From NCBI GenBank assembly GCA_963795855.1, contig CAWCIZ010000001.1, forward strand, positions 96,001 to 160,000: a stretch of 64,000 nucleotides of DNA. Direction: 5' to 3'. Below are positions 11,182 through 21,143 of this stretch, one piece after another. This stretch comes from Vulcanimicrobiota bacterium (lineage in GTDB: Bacteria; Vulcanimicrobiota; Vulcanimicrobiia; Vulcanimicrobiales; Vulcanimicrobiaceae). The position numbers and the translations under genes are program-made. Each line of letters starts with the position of its first letter. Position 1 is the stretch's first letter. A model generated the notes under the pieces. It did not search any database. It saw nothing but the letters and a program-made list of their open reading frames with translations, and was not told the DNA's origin.

Positions 11182-12608
11182 CGCAACTCACGCCGCGCGG
11201 GATCGCCGCGGCGCTCGACAAATACATCGTCGGACAGGCCGCTGCAAAACGCGCCGTCGCGATTGCGATGCGCAACCGTTACCGCCGGGAGCGCGTGAAC
11301 GACGACTTGCGCGGCGAAATCATTCCGAAGAACATTTTGATGATCGGGCCGACCGGCGTAGGCAAGACCGAAATCGCGCGCCGTTTGGCTGCCCTTGCCG
11401 GCGCGCCGTTCGTCAAGGTGGAAGCGACGAAATATACCGAGGTCGGCTACGTGGGACGCGACGTCGAGTCGATGGTTCGCGATCTCGTGGAGCAGGCGGC
11501 GCGCATGGTGACCGACGAGCGCCGTGAGGAGGTCAAAGACGTTGCCGCGCGCATGGCCGTCGAACGCGTCATCGATCTGCTGCATCCGGAAACGCGCGCG
11601 CCGCAGCCCGCGGCGTGGCAGCAGCATCCGTTTGCCGCGACGCTCGGCTCGATTTTCGGCGGTTCGGGCGTGCAGCAGCAGCAACAGCCCCCGCCCCCGC
11701 CGCAGGCGCCGAGCGCCGACTCAGCGCGAGTCCGCGAACAAGCGCGCGCCGATGTCGATCGCGGATTCTACGACGTGCGTCTGGTCGAGATCGAAGTCGA
11801 GGAAGCGCAGAGCATGCCGATCGGCGTCATCGGCGGGGGCATGGATCAAGGCATGGGCCCGGGCGGCGGCGACTTGGGCGAGATGCTCGGCGGATTGCTT
11901 CCGAAAAAGCGAGTGCAGAAACGCGTGACCGTGCAAGAAGCGCGGCGCATCTTCGAACAGGAAGAAGCGGCCAAACTCATCGACATGGACGCGGTCAAGC
12001 GCGAAGCGCTGCGCCGTGCCGGGGAGAACGGCATCATCTTCATCGACGAAATCGACAAAGTCGCCGGACGCGAAGGATCGCGGGGCCCGGACGTTTCCCG
12101 CGAAGGCGTGCAGCGCGATATTCTGCCGATCGTCGAAGGCAGTACCGTCAATACGAAATATGGCCCGGTAAAAACCGATCACGTGCTGTTCATCGCTGCC
12201 GGTGCGTTTCACATGAGCAAACCGTCCGACTTGATTCCCGAATTGCAGGGGCGGTTCCCGATACGCGTGGAGCTCGATTCGCTCACCGCCGAGGACTTTC
12301 GCACGATCCTCACGCAGCCGAAAAACGCGTTGACCGAACAATACAAGGCGCTGCTGGCGACCGAGGGCGTCACGCTCGAGTTTCAGCCCGACGGCATCGA
12401 TCAGATCGCGCAATTCGCGATGGAAGTGAACGAACGCAGCGAGAACATCGGCGCGCGCCGCCTGCACACCGTGCTCGAAAAACTCCTGGACGACGTCAGC
12501 TACGAAGCGCCGGAGAAAAGCGGCACGGTGGTCGTCAATGCCGAGTACGTTCGCATGAAGTTGCAGGACGTCGTGACCAACGCCGACTTGAGTTCGTACA
12601 TCCTGTGA
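11178..12608 (+). CDS. hslU: ATP-dependent protease ATPase subunit HslU
   Basis: [43 protein letters not shown]-terminal SSYIL. Confidence 0.98.
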   Translation: MTQLTPRGIAAALDKYIVGQAAAKRAVAIAMRNRYRRERVNDDLRGEIIPKNILMIGPTGVGKTEIARRLAALAGAPFVKVEATKYTEVGYVGRDVESMVRDLVEQAARMVTDERREEVKDVAARMAVERVIDLLHPETRAPQPAAWQQHPFAATLGSIFGGSGVQQQQQPPPPPQAPSADSARVREQARADVDRGFYDVRLVEIEVEEAQSMPIGVIGGGMDQGMGPGGGDLGEMLGGLLPKKRVQKRVTVQEARRIFEQEEAAKLIDMDAVKREALRRAGENGIIFIDEIDKVAGREGSRGPDVSREGVQRDILPIVEGSTVNTKYGPVKTDHVLFIAAGAFHMSKPSDLIPELQGRFPIRVELDSLTAEDFRTILTQPKNALTEQYKALLATEGVTLEFQPDGIDQIAQFAMEVNERSENIGARRLHTVLEKLLDDVSYEAPEKSGTVVVNAEYVRMKLQDVVTNADLSSYIL

Positions 12609-13618
12609 ACGTTCTGCTGCTCGGCGGAACGCGGTTCGTGGGACGTCACATAGCGCAGGCATTTGCGGATGCGGGACATGCGGTCACGCTGTTCAACCGC
12701 GGCACTCACGGGGATGTGCACGCGCAACTCGAGCAAGTTCACGGCGATCGCGTGACCGGCCTGGACCGGCTCTCGGCGCGTTCGTGGGATGCGGTCGTCG
12801 ACACGTCGGGCTACACGCCGGACGTGGTCGAAACCTCTGCGCGGTTTTTCGACACGCGCACGGCGCGTTACGTGTTCGTTTCCACGCTCTCCGTCTACGA
12901 CGGCGAGCGCACCGGCGGTCCGGACGAAGATGCGCCCGTGCTGGCATTCCCTGAAGGCGCGGATCCGGCCGAGTATGCCGACGAACGGTACGGCGCGCTC
13001 AAAGTGTTGTGCGAAGGAGCGGTGCGCCGCACGTTCGGCGATCGCGCGACCATCTTGCGTCCCGGCCTTGTCGCCGGCCCGTACGATCCCACCGATCGGT
13101 TCACGTATTGGCCCGTGCGCTTCGACGACGGCGGCGAAGTCCTCGCGCCGCTCCCGCAAAATCGCGTTCAATACGTCGATGCGCGCGATCTCGCGGCGTT
13201 CGCCGTGCGCGTCGCGGAACGAAATCTCGACGGCGTGTTCAATTGCGTGACGCCGCAAGGCGCCGTGACGTTCGGCGACTTGTGTGCCGCGTGCATGCAC
13301 GAGGCGTCGGCGGAAGACGCGGTCGTCGTCGCGGTGCCCGATGAATTTCTCGCGGAACAAGCGGTGCAGCCGTGGAGCGACTTGCCGCTGTGGATTCCGG
13401 CGGCAAGCACGCATGCAAGCATCGCCAACGCCGACGCGTCGCGCGCGCAGGCCGCCGGCCTAAGCGTTCGGCCGCTGCGCGAAACCGTGCGCGACACGCT
13501 CGCCTGGGCGAGAACGGCCGAGAAACGGCCCGGGGCGCTGCACGCCGGCCTTTCGCCGCAGCGCGAATCCGAGGTCCTCGCGGCGGCCAAGGCGGCTGGA
13601 CACGCCGAGGTAGAATAG
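12605..13618 (+). CDS. NAD-dependent epimerase/dehydratase (atypical SDR, isoflavone-reductase-like)
   Basis: GTG overlaps hslU stop; [33 protein letters not shown]. Confidence 0.88.
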   Translation: MNVLLLGGTRFVGRHIAQAFADAGHAVTLFNRGTHGDVHAQLEQVHGDRVTGLDRLSARSWDAVVDTSGYTPDVVETSARFFDTRTARYVFVSTLSVYDGERTGGPDEDAPVLAFPEGADPAEYADERYGALKVLCEGAVRRTFGDRATILRPGLVAGPYDPTDRFTYWPVRFDDGGEVLAPLPQNRVQYVDARDLAAFAVRVAERNLDGVFNCVTPQGAVTFGDLCAACMHEASAEDAVVVAVPDEFLAEQAVQPWSDLPLWIPAASTHASIANADASRAQAAGLSVRPLRETVRDTLAWARTAEKRPGALHAGLSPQRESEVLAAAKAAGHAEVE

Positions 13619-13625
13619 AACCGCC

Positions 13626-14162
13626 ATGCCCTACGTGCGCCCGATTCTGACGGACGGACATCCGACGCTCCGTAAAGTTGCAAAAAAAGTCGACGTGAAA
13701 GAACTTGGCGATCCGCTGTTTCAGCAGCTCGTCGACGATATGTTTGAAACGATGTACGCCGCGCCGGGCGTGGGGCTTGCGGCGCCGCAGATCAACGTGT
13801 CCAAACGCTTGTTCGTCATGGACGTCGGCCACGACGACGAACATCCCGAAGGCGGTGCGTACGTCGTAATCAATCCGAAAATCGAATTGCAAGAAGACGA
13901 GGTCGAGATGACCGAGGGCTGCTTGTCGGTTCCCGGCTACGTCGGCGAGATCGCGCGTTTCAACCACGTCGCCGTGACCGGCATCGATCGGCACGGAGAA
14001 AAAATCCGGCTCGAAGGTAAGGGAACGTTCGCGCAGGCCCTGCAGCACGAGATCGATCACCTCAACGGCGTGCTGTACGTCGACAAGGCGAAGAACGTTC
14101 GAATTCCGCAGAGCAAGGAAGAGGAAGAGATCGCGCAAGCCGCGGCGGCGGAAGCGTATTAA
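13626..14162 (+). CDS. def: Peptide deformylase
   Basis: GVGLAAPQI, EGCLS, QHEIDHLNG. Confidence 0.97.
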   Translation: MPYVRPILTDGHPTLRKVAKKVDVKELGDPLFQQLVDDMFETMYAAPGVGLAAPQINVSKRLFVMDVGHDDEHPEGGAYVVINPKIELQEDEVEMTEGCLSVPGYVGEIARFNHVAVTGIDRHGEKIRLEGKGTFAQALQHEIDHLNGVLYVDKAKNVRIPQSKEEEEIAQAAAAEAY

Positions 14163-15066
14163 AACGCTTTTCTTCGGGACCAGCGCGTTTGCGGTTCCGG
14201 CCCTTCGCGTTACCGCGCAGCGTACGCAGCTCGCCGGCGTCGTCACTCAACCCGATCGTCCGGCCGGACGCGGTCACAAATTACAGCGGACCGCGGTAAA
14301 AATCGCGGCGATCGGACTTGGCGTTCCGGTCTTCGAGCCCGCTTCTCTGCGCGAGTTCGCGCGTGAGATCGCAAACGACGGATACGACTTGTTCGTGCTC
14401 GCCTCGTACGGACGGATACTGCCGCAAGCACTGCTGGACGTTCCAAGGCTCGGGTCGTTCAACGTCCATCCCAGTTTGCTGCCGAAGTACCGCGGCGCCA
14501 CGCCGATTCAAACCGCTCTTCGCGACGGCAACGAAGAAACGGGCGTGACGATCATGCTCATGGACGCCGGCATGGACACCGGCGACGTCGTTCTGCAAGA
14601 GCGCACGCCGATCGCCGCCCGCGAACGGTACGGTGAACTGCACGATCGGCTGGCGTCCTTCGGGGCGCAAGCGCTCTCGCATGCGATCGACTTGGCGCGC
14701 AGCGGACACATTCCGCATCGTCCGCAAACCGGCAAAGCAACTTTGACGCGTCCGATCCGCAAAGACGATCTGCTCGTCGACTGGCAGTGGCCGGCGCGGC
14801 GCATCGTCAATGCAGTTCGCGCATACGCGCCCGCGCCCGCCGCGCGAGCGACGCTCGCAGGCCTAACCGTCAAACTTTTGCGCGCTGCGGTTGGAACGCC
14901 CTCGATTGCGCCGTCGTCTGCCGGCGAAATCGCCGGCGCATCCGCCGACGCGATTGCGGTGCGCTGCAGCGATGGAACGGTCGACGTCTACGAACTGGTT
15001 GCTCCCAATCGCGGCCCCCAATCCGGCGCCGCATTCTTGCAGAGCCTCTCGGGCAGCCGCCCATGA
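14158..15066 (+). CDS. fmt: Methionyl-tRNA formyltransferase (apparent ATT start)
   Basis: Frame upstream of ORF 14389 reads IKTLFFGTSAFA...VVTQPDRPAGRG; NVHPSLLPKYRGATPIQ and MDAGMDTGD follow. Confidence 0.95.
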   Translation: MKTLFFGTSAFAVPALRVTAQRTQLAGVVTQPDRPAGRGHKLQRTAVKIAAIGLGVPVFEPASLREFAREIANDGYDLFVLASYGRILPQALLDVPRLGSFNVHPSLLPKYRGATPIQTALRDGNEETGVTIMLMDAGMDTGDVVLQERTPIAARERYGELHDRLASFGAQALSHAIDLARSGHIPHRPQTGKATLTRPIRKDDLLVDWQWPARRIVNAVRAYAPAPAARATLAGLTVKLLRAAVGTPSIAPSSAGEIAGASADAIAVRCSDGTVDVYELVAPNRGPQSGAAFLQSLSGSRP

Positions 15067-16406
15067 GTGCTCGCGACGTCGCGCTCCAGGTCGTCCGGGA
15101 CGTCTTTCCGGGCGGCACGACACTCGGCGGCTCGAAAGGCGAACGCGGCGCGCAAGAAGCGCTGGATTACCGCTTTCGCAAATCGGATCTCGACGCGCGC
15201 GATCGCGCGTTTGCGACGATGCTGGCGTTCGGCGCGATCAAGATGCGCCGCACGCTGGATTGGTATCTGCAGCCGTACATCGGCGAACGCCCCAAACCGC
15301 TGCCGCCGGTCATCGCGGAAATTGCGCGCATGGCCGTGCACGAGTTGCGCTTCACCTCCTCGCAACCGCACGCGTCGGTAAGCGAATGGGTGAATCTCGC
15401 GAAGGTCTACGGACATCGCGGCACGGCAGGCCTTGTGAACGCGGTGCTGCGCGGTTTTCTTCGCGACAACCCCCCAGCTCCGCAGCGTGAAGACTTCCGC
15501 GACGAAGACGATTACCTCGGCGCGGCATATTCGTATCCGACGTGGCTGGTGCGGCGTCTGCGCGAAACGTTCGGCGGCGCGCAGCTCGAACTGTTGCTCG
15601 AGGCGTGCAATGCGCCCCCGCAGTGCGCGATCGTCGTCAACCGCGCGCGTGCAACGCGAGAAGAGGCGCGAGCGTGGTTTACGCAGCGCGGAGCCCGCGC
15701 GGAGCTTTCCACGCTGGCGCAGGACGCCGTGCTGATTGCCGACGGCGCGCTGGCGAGAAGCGGCGAGCAAGAATGGAAGGGCGCGTGGTGGGTGCAGAGC
15801 GAGGCTTCGGCGCTCGTGGCCGACGTTCTGAATGTGCAGCCGGGAGAAGCCATCGTCGACGCGTGCAGCGGTCGCGGCAGCAAGGCGCTTCAAAGCGCGG
15901 CGCGGCTGGGCGGTGAAGGCACGGTGCTTTGTATCGAGCGCGATGCGCGCAAGGCAGCGGCTTTGGAGCGGCGCGCGCAAAACGCCGGTCTTCCGGTAAC
16001 TTTGGTCGTCGGGGATGCGACGGCGCCGATCTTGGAGCAGCGTTTCGATCGCATTCTGGTCGACGCGCCGTGCTCCGGAATCGGCGTCATCGGGCGCCAT
16101 CCGGAGGCGCGCTGGCGGAAGCGGCCCGAGGACGGCGAACGCTTGGCGCTCACGCAGCGCGCGCTCTTGGAAGCGCTCGCGCCGCATCTGCACGAGGGGG
16201 GCGCCATCGTTTACGCGGTGTGTTCCGTCGACAAACGGGAGACCATCGACGTCGTTGAATGGTTCCTGCGCACGCACAGCGTTCAGCGCGGATTGATTCC
16301 CGCGCATCTGGCCGAGTTCGAAACGGAAGCCGGCGACGTCCTCGTGCCGCCCGGTTTGGGCGGGCGCGACGGTTTTTACGTCGCACGCTTGGAACGCCGC
16401 CTTTAG
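15063..16406 (+). CDS. rsmB: 16S rRNA m5C967 methyltransferase RsmB (NusB-like N-domain)
   Basis: GLVNAVLR, YSYPTWLV, DACSGRGSK, LVDAPCSGIG, DGFYVARL; follows def-fmt. Confidence 0.92.
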   Translation: MSARDVALQVVRDVFPGGTTLGGSKGERGAQEALDYRFRKSDLDARDRAFATMLAFGAIKMRRTLDWYLQPYIGERPKPLPPVIAEIARMAVHELRFTSSQPHASVSEWVNLAKVYGHRGTAGLVNAVLRGFLRDNPPAPQREDFRDEDDYLGAAYSYPTWLVRRLRETFGGAQLELLLEACNAPPQCAIVVNRARATREEARAWFTQRGARAELSTLAQDAVLIADGALARSGEQEWKGAWWVQSEASALVADVLNVQPGEAIVDACSGRGSKALQSAARLGGEGTVLCIERDARKAAALERRAQNAGLPVTLVVGDATAPILEQRFDRILVDAPCSGIGVIGRHPEARWRKRPEDGERLALTQRALLEALAPHLHEGGAIVYAVCSVDKRETIDVVEWFLRTHSVQRGLIPAHLAEFETEAGDVLVPPGLGGRDGFYVARLERRL

Positions 16407-16415
16407 CGTACGCCG

Positions 16416-17105
16416 ATGAGTCGGTTTGCCCGCATCGAAGAGGCCTGCGCCGGATTCATCGAGCGCGCGTTTGCGAACATGTTTCCGAGCGACGTCGAAC
16501 CGGCGCAAATTGCGCGCAAACTCGTTTCGACGATGGAAGCGCGCACGCAAGCATCCGATAACGGCGCGATGACGGCGCCTCGACGTTACGCCGTTGTGGT
16601 TCACTCCTCCGACTACGAACGCTTGCGCCAGCACGCCGGCTATCTCGAGCGCGAATGGGCAGCTTTGCTAGCGGAAGTTGCGCAGCGCGTCGGCATCGCG
16701 TTTTCCGGCGCGCCGGAAGTCGAACTGCGCGAAGGCGAAGAGATGGTGCTGGGCGCGATTGCAATTGACGTGCTCGACGACGCGTTGCCGCAAGCGGCTC
16801 GCACGGCGCAAACGTTCGTGCTGCGGATGGTCAAAGGCATGCCCGCGGACGCGCGGTATCGGATCGTCGACGGCATGCGTGTCGGACGCAACACCGAAAG
16901 CGAGGTGTTTCTCGTCGATCCGAGCGTTTCGCGCAATCACGCGGTGCTCGAACTGCGCGGCGGCGACGTCGTCGTGCGCGATTCGGGCTCCACGAACGGC
17001 ACGTTCGTCAACGGGGAACGCGTGCAGTTGCGTACGCTGCATCTCGGCGATCGCGTCGCGTTCGGAAAGACGGAGATGATGCTGGAAGGCGACGTCTCGC
17101 CGTGA
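16416..17105 (+). CDS. FhaA-like protein (DUF3662 + FHA)
   Basis: VEPAQIARKL N-domain; FHA motif VGR..SVSRNHA..DSGSTNGT. Confidence 0.85.
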   Translation: MSRFARIEEACAGFIERAFANMFPSDVEPAQIARKLVSTMEARTQASDNGAMTAPRRYAVVVHSSDYERLRQHAGYLEREWAALLAEVAQRVGIAFSGAPEVELREGEEMVLGAIAIDVLDDALPQAARTAQTFVLRMVKGMPADARYRIVDGMRVGRNTESEVFLVDPSVSRNHAVLELRGGDVVVRDSGSTNGTFVNGERVQLRTLHLGDRVAFGKTEMMLEGDVSP

Positions 17106-17542
17106 ATTTCACCGCCGCCATGCGCGTCGGATCGCTTGAAATCCTCGCCGCGATCGCGGCCTTCGGATTCGTGACCGCGCGCTTGCGACTTGCACCGGCG
17201 CGGCCGCGCCCGACGGCGCTGACGCTTTTGCTGGTGCTCCGGGAGGGCGCAACGGCTGCGATCCCGCGCGAGGTCTCGCTCGACGTTTCGGAGGGCACGC
17301 CCATTGTCATAGGCCGCTCGGCCCATGCCGGCCTGGAAGTGGCCGATCCGGAGGTCAGCCGGCAGCACGCGCGCCTCGAATTGGTGCGTGGTGTCCTTTA
17401 CTTGGCAGACCTGCACAGCAGCAACGGCACATTTCTCAACGGAAAAGTTCTTTCGGATGAGAGCATTGAGGTCAGACCTGGGGATGATATTGACGTGGGA
17501 AACACGCGCATCACCATAAGGGAGGCAGCCTCGGCATCATGA
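17102..17542 (+). CDS. FhaB-like membrane-anchored FHA protein
   Basis: N-terminal hydrophobic helix; IGRS..EVSRQHA..DLHSSNGT. Confidence 0.85.
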   Translation: MNFTAAMRVGSLEILAAIAAFGFVTARLRLAPARPRPTALTLLLVLREGATAAIPREVSLDVSEGTPIVIGRSAHAGLEVADPEVSRQHARLELVRGVLYLADLHSSNGTFLNGKVLSDESIEVRPGDDIDVGNTRITIREAASAS

Positions 17543-18255
17543 ACGTCGCCGTCAGCGGCGACCGCGGATCGTGCGTCACGCGTCTTATCGCGCCGCAGAC
17601 GTATCTTTTCGCCGTTGCAAACGGATTTGGTTTCGTCGAAGGCGAGCCCATTGCGGGCAACGTCCTCGAGCGCTTGCAGGATGACTTGCAGCGCCGCGCG
17701 CGCCGCGTGAAGAGCGCGAAGAATTTGCTCGCGTCGGCGTTCTCGCGCGTGAACGACGAAGTGCATGCGCGTACCGCTTCGCACGAAGATTACGTGACGG
17801 CGGGCTGTTCGGCGACCGCGGTGCTGCTGGTGGAAAACCGCGCGTACTTGGCCCATGCGGGTTCGACCGGTGCGTATCTCGCGCGCGACGGCTACGTCGT
17901 TTCACTCACGAAAAACGACACGTTCGAAGAAGAGGGAACCGTACCGGTTCTCACGCGCGCGATCGGTATTGCGCCCGTGATCGACGCGGCGGCGTGCACG
18001 TTCACGCTCAACGACGGCGATACGCTCGTGTTGGCCGGCCGCCGCTTGCGCGAAGCCGAGGAACGCCGGCGTTTGGCGGAATGTCTGGCCTACGGCTCGC
18101 AGGCGGTCACGACCGGCGAGCAGATGGTCATCGTCCGCTTCCAGCGCGAAGAGCGCGAGCAGGTGCCCGTCCATGCGGAATCGCAGAGCGCGCAAAGCGT
18201 AGTGATAGGAGTACTGGCGACGATTTTGTTCTACGCGATGCTTTGCATCCGCTAG
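17539..18255 (+). CDS. PP2C/PstP-like protein with degenerate active site and C-terminal TM helix
   Basis: LFAVANGFG, SATAVLL, LAHAGSTGAYL, VLTRAIG, GDTLVLAG align with PP2C motifs but the catalytic Asp residues are absent. Confidence 0.75.
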   Translation: MNVAVSGDRGSCVTRLIAPQTYLFAVANGFGFVEGEPIAGNVLERLQDDLQRRARRVKSAKNLLASAFSRVNDEVHARTASHEDYVTAGCSATAVLLVENRAYLAHAGSTGAYLARDGYVVSLTKNDTFEEEGTVPVLTRAIGIAPVIDAAACTFTLNDGDTLVLAGRRLREAEERRRLAECLAYGSQAVTTGEQMVIVRFQREEREQVPVHAESQSAQSVVIGVLATILFYAMLCIR

Positions 18256-19481
18256 CGGTTCTGCGGCGCGTTCTTCCGACCGCGATGGCTTTAGCCGTCG
18301 CGGCTTTTGCACTGTCCTTCGCGCCTGCGAAAGCCATCGGGCCGACGTGGCTGCTTGCCGTGCTTGCCGCGCTGTGCCTGGCATGGGTGCTGGTGCAGCC
18401 GCGATCGATGCTGCGCGACGACGCGTTGCCGGCGATTGCGATCGTGCTGTCCGCATTCGGTTTGCTCCTCGTTTCGCGCCTTTCGCCCGAGCTCGCCCAC
18501 AAACAGCAGTACTGGCTGCTGATTTCGCTCGTGCTGGCGATTGCGCTGGGACCTGCGTTCACCTTGTTCCGCCGCATGGCCGCGTACAAATACGTCTGGG
18601 TGCTGCTCTCGCTGGCGTTGTTCGTTTTGCTGCTCGTCTTCGGGCAAGAAGTCAACGGCGCGCGCTTGTGGATCAAACTCGGACCGGTGCAGTACGAACC
18701 GGTCGAACTCATCAAACTCTTCATCGTGTTTTTCCTCGCCGCATATCTTGCGGAAACCGCGGACGTCATCGCGCGAGCGCGCCCGTGGTCGATTCGCGCG
18801 AACCTGAAATATTTGGGGCCGCTTTTTCTGGGCTGGGGCGCGTCGATGGCGATATTGATTCTTCAGCGCGACATCGGCATGGCGGGGTTGCTGCTCGCGA
18901 CCTTTGCGGTGCTGCTCTACGTCGCAACGCGCCGAATCGATCTGCTGGTCGGCAGCCTGGTGGTGTTCGGCGGCGTCGCCGTGTGGGTCGCGCATCATTA
19001 CCACTACGTCGGCACGCGCATAGCGGTGTGGCGCAATCCGTTCGCCGATCCGCTCGGCGCCGGCTACCAGGCGGCGCAAGGCTATTATTCGCTTGCGGCG
19101 GGCGGCATATTCGGTACCGGATACCGGTTGGGACATCCCGGCTTCATCCCGGACGCCGCAACCGATTATATTTATGCCGCGCTCAGCGAAGAATTCGGTT
19201 TGATCGGTGCGATCGTCGTGCTGGCGCTTTTCTTGCTGCTGGTGCGCCGCATCATCGGCATCGCCGCGGCACAGCCGGACTTGTATACGCGGCTGCTCGC
19301 CGCGGGTTTGGGCGCGACGCTCGGATTCCAAGTATTCATCATCGTCGGCGGCGTGATCGGGCTTTTTCCGCTCACCGGCATCACGCTGCCGTTCATGTCG
19401 TACGGCGGCAGCTCGCTCGTCGCCAATTTCGTGCTCGTGTCGCTCGCGTGGGCGATGAGTTCGCGTCCCGAACCTGCATGA
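18243..19481 (+). CDS. rodA: SEDS-family peptidoglycan polymerase RodA/FtsW
   Basis: VNGARLWI, EPVELIK, QRDIG, PDAATDYIYA, PLTGITLPFMSYGGSS; start TTG 18243 or ATG 18285. Confidence 0.88.
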   Translation: MHPLAVLRRVLPTAMALAVAAFALSFAPAKAIGPTWLLAVLAALCLAWVLVQPRSMLRDDALPAIAIVLSAFGLLLVSRLSPELAHKQQYWLLISLVLAIALGPAFTLFRRMAAYKYVWVLLSLALFVLLLVFGQEVNGARLWIKLGPVQYEPVELIKLFIVFFLAAYLAETADVIARARPWSIRANLKYLGPLFLGWGASMAILILQRDIGMAGLLLATFAVLLYVATRRIDLLVGSLVVFGGVAVWVAHHYHYVGTRIAVWRNPFADPLGAGYQAAQGYYSLAAGGIFGTGYRLGHPGFIPDAATDYIYAALSEEFGLIGAIVVLALFLLLVRRIIGIAAAQPDLYTRLLAAGLGATLGFQVFIIVGGVIGLFPLTGITLPFMSYGGSSLVANFVLVSLAWAMSSRPEPA

Positions 19482-19593
19482 AATTCGTGCAGGCGCCCGC
19501 CCGGCTCGCGCGGTCGGTATGCCCTCCAATGGAGGCGCTCGCGCATCGAAGGAGTAGTAGCCAAGATACGGTTTTCGCGAAAGGAAGCATGGC

Positions 19594-20139
19594 ATGCAAA
19601 GATCCGTAACCATCGTGGTGACCGCCGCGATTGCGGCAGCTGCGCTGGTGGCGTGTTCCGGTGGAAAGCAAAGCAGTTCTACTACGACGACGACCACGAC
19701 GACGACGCAAACGTCGCCCGGCGCATCGCCTGCGGCAACCGCTGCAGTAAGTCCCGGTGCGGCGAGTCCCGCTGCAGCGAGTCCCGCCGCGACGACTGCG
19801 ACGAAGACGATGAAGTCCACGACCATGAAGTCGACGACCGTCGCCGCGGGCGGCGCTTCCGCTGCCGGCCAAAAAGTGTTCACCACCAATTGTTCCAGCT
19901 GCCATCAGGCGAACGGAAAAGGCCAACCGGGCGTGTTTCCGCCGCTCGCGGGCAACTCGGTCGTGACCGGTCCTCCCGGCAAAGTGATCTCGATCGTGAA
20001 AAATGGGTTGAGCGGTAAGGTCACCGTCGGAAGCACGACGTACAACGGGCAAATGCCCGCGTGGAAAGGCACGCTGAGCGACAGCGACATCGCATCGGTG
20101 ATCACGTATATTCGCTCCGCCTGGGGCAACAAAAGCTAG
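19594..20139 (+). CDS. Lipoprotein c-type cytochrome with S/T/A/P-rich linker
   Basis: LVAC lipobox, CSSCH heme motif, FPPLAG, YNGQMP (axial Met), TYIRSAWGN. Confidence 0.92.
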   Translation: MQRSVTIVVTAAIAAAALVACSGGKQSSSTTTTTTTTTQTSPGASPAATAAVSPGAASPAAASPAATTATKTMKSTTMKSTTVAAGGASAAGQKVFTTNCSSCHQANGKGQPGVFPPLAGNSVVTGPPGKVISIVKNGLSGKVTVGSTTYNGQMPAWKGTLSDSDIASVITYIRSAWGNKS

Positions 20140-20193
20140 TGCCGTAACGGCAGCCGAAGTGACCGCAGCGAAGTAACGACGCCGCATTCATAC

Positions 20194-20227
20194 ACAAAGC
20201 CCGGCATTGCGCCGGGCTTTGTTTTTT
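20194..20227 (+). terminator. Intrinsic terminator
   Basis: ACAAAGCCCGGC/GCCGGGCTTTGT stem plus T run. Confidence 0.9.
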
Positions 20228-20272
20228 CTAACTGTCACGGCTCGCGCGAGCGCCGATCCTCGCGTTTTCACA

Positions 20273-21076
20273 TTATGGAGTGGCAGAAGCCGCCTCGGTA
20301 AATACCTGCGGCTCGAGCCACTGGGGAAACTCTACGTTTGTCAGGCTGTAGTGCCAGATGCCGTGATGCACGGCAATAAATGCGACGCGGAGCGTCCCGT
20401 CCAAAAAACCGCCCGTCTGCATCCAATATGCGCCCACATCGCCGTAATGCTCTTCCATGATGCCGTGGAAACCGAGACCACTGTTGAGCGCAAAACGCAG
20501 CATGCAGAAGCGCATATTTTTGGCGTCGACGATCACGTCGGTAAGCTGATGAAGCGGATTTCGATCGCGTGAGACAAGGTGCAGAGCGTGCCCCGGATCA
20601 CCGTTCGCGCATGGCGCCGTTCCGCGATCCTCGACGCGGTAGATGCCGGGACCCATGGCAGCGACGATCGTAATCGTTTTGAGCTCGAGCAGCGGCGCCG
20701 AAGGACTTGCCGATTGGACGCGGGGCGCGGCCGCGTCCTGTGAGTTGAACATCCCCTCACGTAATGCGCGCAGCGCGCCGTACCACGTCGGATCGAAGAA
20801 CGAACGTGCGGTGTAGTACCGCCGGCCATCCGCAGTGGTGAGAACGCTTCGATAATCGTAAGTCCGATGTTTGAGCTCCCAAGTGGGCGAGTTTGAGCCG
20901 GAGTGAATGTTCAGCCAAACGTTACCGTCCAGGAGCACCGGATCCACCTGCAGGCCATCGCTTTTCGCATCGATGACATAAGTGAGATAGTGGGGCTGCG
21001 GCAGATTACTCATGGCGGTTATCGCGTCCGAGTAGAGCTGCGCTGCGAGCGCTGCCGCAAGAAAAACATGGATCAC
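20273..21076 (-). CDS. Hypothetical exported protein
   Basis: GGAGG RBS, short signal-like N-terminus, 267 aa. Confidence 0.7.
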   Translation of the reverse strand: MIHVFLAAALAAQLYSDAITAMSNLPQPHYLTYVIDAKSDGLQVDPVLLDGNVWLNIHSGSNSPTWELKHRTYDYRSVLTTADGRRYYTARSFFDPTWYGALRALREGMFNSQDAAAPRVQSASPSAPLLELKTITIVAAMGPGIYRVEDRGTAPCANGDPGHALHLVSRDRNPLHQLTDVIVDAKNMRFCMLRFALNSGLGFHGIMEEHYGDVGAYWMQTGGFLDGTLRVAFIAVHHGIWHYSLTNVEFPQWLEPQVFTEAASATP

Positions 21077-21143
21077 GTTTGGCTGCCTCCACGGCGAATA
21101 TATTGCCGTCGGTTGTTGCGCGACTTCTAAAGATCACCCTTTC

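Noticed and set aside
14988..16634. Long antisense or alternate-frame ORFs (also 18291-19889, 31816-33108 and others)
   Set aside because: Shadow ORFs typical of high-GC DNA, overlapping well-supported genes
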